Positions 1 to 10,212 of a stretch of 64,000 bases of DNA are shown in pieces (the first letter of the stretch is position 1; each line of letters starts with the position of its first letter). The notes beneath the pieces are model-generated. The model did not search any database, was not told the origin of the DNA, and saw only the letters and a list, made by a program, of their open reading frames with translations. Both the position numbers and the translations under genes were made by a program. The stretch is from Eledone cirrhosa (Eukaryota). The stretch covers positions 132,618,001-132,682,000 of the forward strand of contig OZ024744.1 of assembly GCA_964016885.1 (NCBI GenBank), read 5' to 3'.

Positions 1-50
1 AGTTAAATTGAGGTTAAGATAACTTGGGTTTGCGTTAAGATGGGGTTAAG
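1..50 (+). repeat. 3' tail of a satellite B block (16-bp TTAAGTTAAGTTGGGG family)
   Basis: Same terminal variant string (TTAAATTGAGGTTAAGATAACTTGGGTTTGCGTTAAGATGGGGTTAAG) as the ends of B1-B5. Confidence 0.93.
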
Positions 51-731
51 TTAGGTTTTTCGAAAACCTTATATAATCATTTTTATTTAGGTTCTTCGAA
101 ACACCTTATATAATCAATTTTTTTAGGTTTTTCGAAAAACCTTATATAATCAATTTTTTAATACTTTTAGAAATATTTATATATGATTTCAAATATTGAT
201 TTTATTAGGTTTTTGGAATAATCAATTTTTTTTACGTTTTTCGAAAAATGTTATATAATCAATTTTTTTTAGGTTTTTCGAATCAATTCAATTTTTATAA
301 TCAAATATTTTTAGGTTTTTAGAAAAACCTTATATAATCAAATTTTTTTAGGTTTTTCGAAAAACCTTATATAATTAATTTTTTTATACTTTTAGAAATA
401 TTTATATCTGATTTCAAATATTGGATTTTTTAGGTTTTTCGATAATCAATTTTTTTTAGATTTTTCGAAAAATCTTATATAATCAATTTTTTTACGTTTT
501 TAGAAAGACCTTATATAATCAATTTTTTCATACTTTTAGAAATATTTATATCTGATTTCAAATATTGATTTTTTTTTTAGGTTTTTCGAAATACCTTATA
601 TAATCAATTTTTTTTAGGTTTTTCAAATTACTTTATATAATCAATTTTTTTTATCTGATTTCAAATATTGATTTTTTTAGCTTTTTCGACAAAATCTTAT
701 ATAATCAATTTTTTTTAGGTTTTTCGAAAAA

Positions 732-960
732 GAATGAATTTGAGTTCATAGTCGAAATATATACTTCTGCATTAATCTTTTTACGTTTTTTTGATTTTTT
801 TTTAAAAAACGTAAAAAATTAATGCTTTTACAAATCTTTTGAAATATTTACTTTCTAGTTTCAAATTTTGCAGATTAAATTTTTCTCGAAAAACCTAAAA
901 AATCAGTTGTCGAAATCAGAAGTTAATATTTCGAAAAACGCAATTTGAAAAACTCATATT
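732..960. repeat. Landmark segment of the satellite A module (first of ~40 copies), rich in dyad symmetry
   Basis: GAATGAATTTGAGTTCATAGTCGAAATATATACTTCTGC...CAGTTGTCGAAATCAGAAG...CGCAATTTGAAAAACTCAT recurs 8, 8, 5, 6, 5 and 8 times in A1-A6 (counted by eye). Confidence 0.9.
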
Positions 961-3900
961 AATTTTTTTTCGAAAACATTATATAATCAATTTTTTAGAA
1001 ATATTTATATCTGATTTCAAATATTGATTTTTTTAGGTTTTTCGAAAACCCTATATAATCAATTTTTTTGTACTTTTAGAAATATCTATATCTGATTTCA
1101 TGTATTGATTTTTTTATATTTTTCGAAAAATCTTATATAATCAATTTTTTTACGTTTTTAAAAAAACCTTATATAATCAATTTTTTTTAGGTTTTTCGAA
1201 AAACCTTATATAATCAATTTTTTTATGTTTTTTCGAAAAATCTTATATAATCAATTTTTTTACGTTTTTAGAAATATTTATATCTGATTTCAAATATTGA
1301 TTTTTTTTAGATTTTTCGAAATACCTTATATAATCAATTTTTTTTAGGTTTTTCAAATTACCTTATATAATCAATTTTTTTTATCTGATTTCAAATATTG
1401 ATTTTTTTAGCTTTTTCGACAAAATCTTATATAATCAATTTTTTTTAGGTTTTTCGAAAAAGAATGAATTTGAGTTCATAGTCGAAATATATACTTCTGC
1501 ATTAATCTTTTTACGTTTTTTTGATTTTTTTTAAAAAAACGTAAAAAATTAATGCTTTTACAAATCTTTTGAAATATTCACTTTCTAGTTTCAAATTTTG
1601 CAGATTAAATTTTTCTCGAAAAACCTAAAAAATCAGTTGTCGAAATCAGAAGTTAATATTTCGTAAAACGCAATTTGAAAAACTCATTAATTTTTTTTCG
1701 AAAACTTATTATATAATCAATTTTTTTATACTTTTAGAAATATTTATATCTGATTTCAAATATTGATTTTTTTAGGTTTTTCGAAAACCCTATATAATCA
1801 ATTTTTTTGTACTTTTAGAAATATCTATATCTGATTTCATGTATTGATTTTTTTATATTTTTCGAAAAAGCTTAGATAATCAATTTTTTTAGGTCTTTCG
1901 AAAACATTATATAATCAATTTTTTTTTAGGTTTTTCGAAAAAACCTTATATAATCAATTTTTTTTAGGTTTTTCAAATATTGATTTTTTTAGCTTTTTCG
2001 ACAAAATCTTATATAATCAATTTTTTTTAGGTTTTTCGAAAAAGAATGAATTTGAGTTCATAGTCGAAATATATACTTCTGCATTAATCTTTTTACGTTT
2101 TTTTGATTTTTTTAAAAAAACGTAAAAAATTAATGCTTTTACAAATCTTTTGAAATATTTACTTTCTAGTTTCAAATTTTGCAGATTAAATTTTTCTCGA
2201 AAAACCTAAAAAATCAGTTGTCGAAATCAGAAGTTAATATTTCGAAAAACGCAATTTGAAAAACTCATATTAATTTTTTTTCGAAAACATTATATAATCA
2301 ATTTTTTAGAAATATTTATATCTGATTTCAAATATTGATTTTTTTAGGTTTTTCGAAAACCCTATATAATCAATTTTTTTGTACTTTTAGAAATATCTAT
2401 ATCTGATTTCATGTATTGATTTTTTTATATTTTTCGAAAAATCTTATATAATCAATTTTTTTACGTTTTTAGAAAAACCTTATATAATCAATTTTTTTTA
2501 GGTTTTTCGAAAAACCTTATATAATCAATTTTTTTATGTTTTTTCGAAAAATCTTATATAATCAATTTTTTTACGTTTTTAGAAATATTTATATCTGATT
2601 TCAAATATTGATTTTTTTTAGATTTTTCGAAATACCTTATATAATCAATTTTTTTTAGGTTTTTCAAATTACCTTATATAATCAATTTTTTTTATCAGAT
2701 TTCAAATATTGATTTTTTTAGCTTTTTCGACAAAATCTTATATAATCAATTTTTTTTAGGTTTTTCGAAAAAGAATGAATTTGAGTTCATAGTCGAAATA
2801 TATACTTCTGCATTAATCTTTTTACGTTTTTTTGATTTTTTTTAAAAAAACGTAAAAAATTAATGCTTTTACAAATCTTTTGAAATATTTACTTTCTAGT
2901 TTCAAATTTTGCAGATTAAATTTTTCTCGAAAAACCTAAAAAATCAATTGTCGAAATCAGAAGTTAATATTTCGAAAAACGCAATTTGAAAAACTCATAT
3001 TAATTTTTTTTCGAAAACATTATATAATCAATTTTTTTTTAGGTTTTTCGAAAAAACCTTATATAATCAATTCTTTTTTTGGTTTTTTCGAAAAATCTTA
3101 TATAATCAATTTTTTTACGTTTTTAGAAAAACCTTATATAATCAATTTTTTTTAGATTTTTCAAAAAACCTTATATAATCAATTTTTTTTAGGTTTTTCG
3201 AAAAACCTTATATAATCAATTTTTTTTGTTTTTTTGAAAAATCTTATATAATCAATTTTTTTACGTTTTTAGAAATATTTATATCTGATTTCAAATATTG
3301 ATTTTTTTTAGGTTTTTCGAATTACCTTATATAATCAATTCTTTTTTTGGTTTTTTCGAAAAATCTTATATAATCAATTTTTTTACGTTTTTAGAAAAAC
3401 CTTATATAATCAATTTTTTTTAGATTTTTCAAAAAACCTTATATAATCAATTTTTTTTGTTTTTTTGAAAAATCTTATATAATCAATTTTTTTACGTTTT
3501 TAGAAATATTTATATCTGATTTCAAATATTGATTTTTTTTAGATTTTTCGAAACACCTTATATAATCAATTTTTTTTAGGTTTTTCAAATTACCTTATAT
3601 AATCAATTTTTTTTATCTGATTTCAAATATTGATTTTTTTAGCTTTTTCGACAAAATCTTATATAATCAATTTTTTTTAGGTTTTTCGAAAAAGAATGAA
3701 TTTGAGTTCATAGTCGAAATATATACTTCTGCATTAATCTTTTTACGTTTTTTTTATTTTTTAAAAAAAAACGTAAAAAATTAATGCTTTTACAAATCTT
3801 TTGAAATATTCACTATCTAGTTTCAAATTTTGCAGATTAAATTTTTCTCGAAAAACCTAAAAAATCAGTTGTCGAAATCAGAAGTTAATATTTCGTAAAA

Positions 3901-5994
3901 CGCAATTTGAAAAACTCATTAATTTTTTTTCGAAAACTTATTATATAATCAATTTTTTTATACTTTTAGAAATATTTATATCTGATTTCAAATATTGATT
4001 TTTTTAGGTTTTTCGAAAACCCTATATAATCAATTTTTTTGTACTTTTAGAAATATCTATATCTGATTTCATGTATTGATTTTTTTATATTTTTCGAAAA
4101 AGCTTAGATAATCAATTTTTTTAGGTCTTTCGAAAACCTTATATAATCAATTTTTTTTTAGGTTTTTCGAAAAAACCTTATATGATCAATTTTTTTTAGG
4201 TTTTTTCTAAAAATCTTATATAATCAATTTTTTTTAGGTTTTTCGAAAAACCTTATATAATCAATTTTTTTTGTTTTTTCGAAAAATCTTATATAATTAA
4301 TTTTTTTACGTTTTTAGAAATATTTATATCTGATTTCAAATATTGATTTTTTTTAGATTTTTCGAAATACCTTATATAATCAATTTTTTTTAGGTTTTTC
4401 AAATTACCTTATATAATCAATTTTTTTTATCAGATTTCAAATATTGATTTTTTTAGCTTTTTCGACAAAATCTTATATAATCAATTTTTTTTAGGTTTTT
4501 CGAAAAAGAATGAATTTCAGTTCATAGTCGAAATATATACTTCTGCATTTTTACGTTTTTTTGATTTTTTTTAAAAAAACGTAAAAAATTAATGCTTTTA
4601 CAAATCTTTTGAAATATTTACTTTCTAGTTTCAAATTTTGCAGATTAAATTTTTCTCGAAAAACCTAAAAAATCAGTTGTCGAAATCAGAAGTTAATATT
4701 TCGAAAAACGCAATTTGAAAAACTCATATTAATTTTTTTTCGAAAACATTATATAATCAATTTTTTAGAAATATTTATATCTGATTTCAAATATTGATTT
4801 TTTTAGGTTTTTCGAAAACCCTATATAATCAATTTTTTTGTACTTTTAGAAATATCTATATCTGATTTCATGTATTGATTTTTTTATATTTTTCGAAAAA
4901 TCTTATATAATCAATTTTTTTACGTTTTTAGAAAAACCTTATATAATCAATTTTTTTTGTTTTTTCTAAAAATCTTATATAATCAATTTTTTTTAGGTTT
5001 TTCGAAAAACCTTATATAATCAATTTTTTTATGTTTTTTCGAAAAATCTTATATAATCAATTTTTATACGTTTTTAGAAATATTTATATCTGATTTCAAA
5101 TATTGATTTTTTTTAGATTTTTCGAAATACCTTATATAATCAATTTTTTTTAGGTTTTTCAAATTACCTTATATAATCAATTTTTTTTATCTGATTTCAA
5201 ATATTGATTTTTTTAGCTTTTTCGACAAAATCTTATATAATCAATTTTTTTTAGGTTTTTCGAAAAAGAATGAATTTGAGTTCATAGTCGAAATATATAC
5301 TTCTGCATTAATCTTTTTACGTTTTTTTGAAAAAATTAATGCTTTTACAAATCTTTTGAAATATTTACTTTCTAGTTTCAAATTTTGCAGATTAAATTTT
5401 TTTCGAAAAACCTAAAAAATCAGTTGTCGAAATCAGAAGTTAATATTTCGAAAAACGCAATTTGAAAAACTCATATTAATTTCTTTTCGAAAACATTATA
5501 TAATCAATTTTTTAGAAATATTTATATCTGATTTCAAATATTGATTTTTTTAGGTTTTTCGAAAACCCTATATAATCAATTTTTTTGTACTTTTAGAAAT
5601 ATCTATATCTGATTTCATGTATTGATTTTTTTATATTTTTAGAAAAAGCTTAGATAATCAATTTTTTTAGGTCTTTCGAAAACCTTATATAATCAATTTT
5701 TTTTTAGGTTTTTCGAAAAAACCTTATATAATCATTATTTTTTAGGCTTTTTCGAAAAATCTTATATAATCAATTTTTTTACGTTTTTCGAAAAAACTTA
5801 TATCAATTTTTTTTAGGTTTTTCAAAAAACCTTATATAATCAATTTTTTTTAGGTTTTTCGAAAAACCTTATATAATCAATTTTTTTTGTTTTTTCAAAA
5901 AATCTTATATAATCAATTTTTTTACGTTTTTAGAAATATTTATATCTTATTTCAAATATTGATTTTTTTTAGATTTTTCGAAATACCTTATATA

Positions 5995-6058
5995 ATCAAT
6001 TTTTTTTAGGTTTTTCAAATCACCATAAGATAATTTGAAAAACCTAAAAAAAATTGAT
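5995..6058. repeat. 30-bp-arm inverted repeat in A1 (2 mismatches)
   Basis: ATCAAT8AGGTTTTTCAAATCACC-ATAA-GATAATTTGAAAAACCTA8TTGAT; a degenerate copy of the perfect hairpin in A2-A5. Confidence 0.9.
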
Positions 6059-6757
6059 CTGATTTCAAATATTGATTTTTTTAGCTTTTTCGACAAAATC
6101 TTATATAATCAATTTTTTTTAGGTTTTTCGAAAAAGAATGAATTTGAGTTCATAGTCGAAATATATACTTCTGCATTAATCTTTTTACGTTTTTTTGAAA
6201 AAATTAATGCTTTTACAAATCTTTTGAAATATTTACTTTCTAGTTTCAAATTTTGCAGATTAAATTTTTCTCGAAAAACCTAAAAAATCAGTTGTCGAAA
6301 TCAGAAGTTATATCTCGTAAAACGCAATTTGAAAAACTCATATTAATTTTTTTTCGAAAACTTATTATATAATCAATTTTTTTATACTTTTAGAAATATT
6401 TATATCTGATTTCAAATATTGATTTTTTTAGGTTTTTCGAAAACCCTATATAATCAATTTTTTTGTACTTTTAGAAATATCTATATCTGATTTCATGTAT
6501 TGATTTTTTTATATTTTTCGAAAAAGCTTAGATAATCAATTTTTTTAGGTCTTTCGAAAACCTTATATAATCAATTTTTTTTTAGGTTTTTCGAAAAAAC
6601 CTTATATAATCAATTTTTTTTAGGTTTTTTCGAAGTATCTTATATAATCAATTTTTTTACGTTTTTAGAAATATTTATATCTGATTTCAAATATTGATTT
6701 TTTTTAGATTTTTCGAAATACCTTATATAATCAATTTTTTTTAGGTTTTTCAAATTA

Positions 6758-6934
6758 CCCCGACTTAACCCCGACTTAACTTAACCCCAACTTAACTTAA
6801 CCCCAACTTAACTTAACCCCAACTTGACTTAACCCCAACATAACTCACACCCAACTTAACTTACCCCCAACTTAACTTAACCCCAACTTGAATTAACCCC
6901 AACTTAACTTAACCCCAACTTAACTTAACGCCAA
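6758..6934 (-). repeat. Inverted satellite B island at the A1/B1 junction
   Basis: (CCCCAACTTAACTTAA)n, the reverse complement of the monomer; ends at pivot AAAGTCGGAG (6933-6942). Confidence 0.93.
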
Positions 6935-8943
6935 AGTCGGAGTTAAGTTAAGTTGGGGTTAAGCTAAGTTGGGGGTAAGTTAAGTTGGGGGTAAGTTAAA
7001 TTGGGGTTAAGTTAAGTTGGGGTTGAGTGAAGTTGGGGTTAAGTTAAGTTGGGGTTAAGTTAAGTTAGGGTTAATTTAAGTTGGGGTTAAGTTAAGTTGG
7101 GGTTAACTTAAGTTGGGGTTAAGTTAAGTTGGGGTTAATTTAGGTTGGGGTTAAGTTAAGTTGGGGTTAAGATAAGTTGGGGTTAAGTTAAATTGAGATT
7201 AAGTTAACTTGGGTTTGAGTTAAGTTGGGGATAAGTCAAGTGGTGGTTATGTTAAGTTGGGGTTAAGTTAAGTTGGGGTTAAATTAAGTTGGGGTTAAGT
7301 TAAGTTGGGTGTAAGCTAAGTTGGGGTTGAGTGAAGTTGGGGTTAAGTTAAGTTGGGGTTAAGTAGAGTTGGGGTTAAGTTAAGTTGGGGTTAAGTTAAG
7401 TTGGTGTTAAGTTGGGGTTAAGTTAAGTTGGGGTTAAGTTAAGTTGGGGTTGAGTGAAGTTGGGGTTAAGTTAAGTTGGGGTTAAATTAAGTTGGGGTTA
7501 ACTTAAGTTGGGTTTAAGTTAAGTTGCGGTTAAGTTAAGTTGGGGTTAAGTTAAGTTGGGGTTAAGTTAAGTCGGGGTTAAGTTAAGTTGGGGTTGAGTT
7601 AAGTTGGGGTTATTTTAAGTTGAGGTTATGTTAAGTTGGGGTTAATTTAAGTTGGGGTTAAGTTAAGTTGGGGTCAATTTAAGTTGGGGTTAAGTTCAGT
7701 TGGGGTTAATTTAAGTTGGGGTTAAGTTAAGTTGGGTTTAAGTTAAGTTGGGGTTAAGTTAAGTTGGGGTTAAGTTAAGTTGGGTTTAAGTTAAGTTGGG
7801 GCTAAGTTAAGTTGGGTCTAATTTGAGTTGGGGTTAAGTTAAGTTGGGGTTAAGTTAAGTTGAGGTTAAATTAAGTTGGGGTTAATTAAGTTGGGGTTAA
7901 GTTAAGTTGAGGTTAAGTTAACTTGGGGTTAAGTTAAGTTGGGGTTAAGTTAAGTTGGGGTTGAGTTAAGTTGGGGTTGAGTTAAGTTGGGGTTAAGTTA
8001 AGTTGGGGTTAAGTTAAGTTGGGGTTAAGTTAAGTTGGGGTTAATTTAAGTTCGGGTTAAGTTAAGTTCGGGGTAAGCTAAGTTGGGGTTCAGTTAAATC
8101 GGGTCTAAGTTAAGTGGGAGGTTAAGTTAAGTTGGGGTTGAGTTAAGTTGTGGTTAAGTTAACTTGGGGTTAAGTTAAGTTAAGTTTGAGTTAAGTTGGG
8201 GTTAAGTTGGGGTTAAGTTAAGTTGGGGTTAAGTTACGTTGGGGTTAAGTTAAGTTGGGATTAAGTTGAGGTTAAGTTAAGTTGTGGTTAAGTTAAGTTG
8301 GGGCTAAGTTAAGTTGGGGCTAAGTTAAGTTGGGGTTAAGTTAAGTTGGGGTTAATTTAAGTTGGGGTTAGGTTAAGTTGGGGATAAGTTAAGTTGGGGA
8401 TAAGTTAAGTTGGGGTTAAGTTAAGTTGGGTTTAAGTTAAGCTGGGGTTAAGTTAAGTTGGGGTTAAATTAAGTTGGGGTTAAGTTAAGTTTGGGTTAGG
8501 TTAAGTTGGGGATAAGTTAAGTTGGGGATAAGTTAAGTTGGGGTTAAGTTAAGTTGGGTTTAAGTTAAGTTGGGGTTAAGTTAAGTTGGGGTTAAGTTAA
8601 GTTGGGGTTAAGTTAAGTTGCGGTTAGTTAAGTTGAGTTTAAGTTAAGTTGGGGTTAATTTAAGTTGGGGTTAAGTTAAGTTGGGGTTCAGTTCAGTTGG
8701 GGTTAAGTCAAGTTGGGGTTAAGTTAAGTTGGGGTTAAGTTAAGTTGGGGTTAGGTTAAGTTGGGGATAATTTAAGTTGGGGATAAGCTAAGTTGGGGTT
8801 AAGTTAAGTTGGGTTTAAGTTAAGTTGGGGTTAAGTTAAGTTGGGGTTAAATTAAGTTGGGGTTAAGTTAAGCTGGGGTTAAATTAAGTTGGGGTTATGT
8901 TAAGTTGGGGTTAAGTTAAGTTGGGGTTAGTTTAAGTGGGGTT

Positions 8944-9288
8944 AACCCCAACTTAACTTAACCCCAACTTAACTTAACCCCAACTTCACTCAACCCCAAC
9001 TTAAATTAACCCCAACTTCACTCAACCCCAACTTAACTCAACCCCAACTTAAATTAACCCCAACTTAACTTAACCCTGACTTAACTTAACCCCGACTTAA
9101 CTTAACCCCGACTTAACTTAACCCCAACTTAACTTAAACCCCAACTTAACTTAACCCCAACTTAACTTAACCCCAACTTGACTTAACCCCAACTTAACTC
9201 ACACCCAACTTAACTTACCCCTAACTTAACTTAACCACAACTTGACGTAAACCCAACTTAACTTAACCCCAACTTAACTTAACCCCAA
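8944..9288 (-). repeat. Internal inverted satellite B island 1
   Basis: Starts in GGGGTTAACCCC (8938-8949) and ends at AAAGTCGGAG (9287-9296). Confidence 0.93.
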
Positions 9289-9947
9289 AGTCGGAGTTCA
9301 GTTAAGTTGGGGTTCAGTTAAGTTAGGCTTAACTTAAGTTGGGGTTGAGTTAAGTTGGGGGTAAGTTAAGTTGGGGGTAAGTTAAGTTGGGGTTAAGTTA
9401 AGTTGGGGTTAAGTTGGGGTTAAGTTAAGTTAGGGTTAAGTTAAGTTGGGGTTGACTTAAGTTGGGGTTAAGTTAAGTGGTGGTTATGTTAAGTTGGGGT
9501 TAAGTTAAGTTGGGGTTAAATTAAGTGGGGTTAACTTAAGTTGGGTGTAAGTTAAGTTGGGGTTGAGTGAAGTTGGGGTTAAGTTAAGTTGGGGTTAAGT
9601 TAAGTTAGGGTTAATTTAAGTTGGGGTTATGATAAGTTGGTGTTAAGTTAAGTTGGGGTTAAGTCGAGTTGGGGTTAAGTTAAGTTGGGGTTAAGTTAAA
9701 TTGGTGTTAAGTTAAGTTGGGGTTAAGTTAAGTTGGGGTTAGTTAAGTTGAGTTTAAGTTAAGTTGGGGTTAATTTAAGTTGGGGTTAAGTTAAGTTGGG
9801 GTTCAGTTAAGTTGGGGTTAAGTTAAGTTGGGGTTGAGTTAAGTTGTGGTTAAGTTAAGTTGGGGTTAGGTTAAGTTGGGGTTAAGTTAAGCTGGGGTTA
9901 AATTAAGTTGGGGTTAAGTTAAGTTGGGGTTAGGTTAAGTTGGGGTT

Positions 9948-10212
9948 AACCCCAACTTCACTCAACCCCAACTTAACTTAACCCCAACTTCACTCAACCC
10001 CAACTTAACTCAACCCCAACTTAACTTAACCCCAACTTAACTTAACCCTAACTTAACTTAACCCCGACTTAAACTTAACCCCGACTTAACTTAACCCCAA
10101 CTTAACTTAACCCCAACTTAACTTAACCCCAACTTAACTTAATCCCAACTTGACTTAACCCCAACTTAACTCACACCCAACTTAACTTACCCCCAACTTA
10201 ACTTAACCCCAA
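9948..10212 (-). repeat. Internal inverted satellite B island 2
   Basis: Starts in GGGGTTAACCCC (9942-9953) and ends at AAAGTCGGAG (10211-10220). Confidence 0.93.

Larger units (their letters stand above)
51..6757 (+). repeat. Satellite A block A1 (~6.7 kb; ~37-bp AT-rich monomer, 8 higher-order modules)
   Basis: Tandem CCTTATATAATCAAT(n)AGGTTTTTCGAAAAA (e.g. starts at 1167 and 1204). Landmark GAATGAATTTGAGTTCATAG at ~732, 1462, 2044, 2773, 3694, 4508 (one substitution), 5268, 6136. Confidence 0.95.

Noticed and set aside
68-80. TATATAA / TATAAT as TATA or -10 promoter boxes
   Set aside because: Present in nearly every A monomer with no downstream gene; expected from base composition.
769-830. 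Hairpins followed by T-runs as intrinsic terminators
   Set aside because: Stems are AT-rich, there is no upstream gene and no sign of a prokaryotic context.
6035-6283. 82-aa ORF with five identical translations (6035, 24614, 32731, 41973, 50074)
   Set aside because: TTG start inside the right arm of the hairpin; F/K/I/N-rich composition dictated by T and A tracts; no recognisable domain. It is open only where the hairpin and the ~22-bp-deletion allele coincide, and identity reflects array duplication.
51-6757. CRISPR-like ~37-bp partly palindromic repeats
   Set aside because: Monomers are directly adjacent with no unique spacers, and there are no cas genes.
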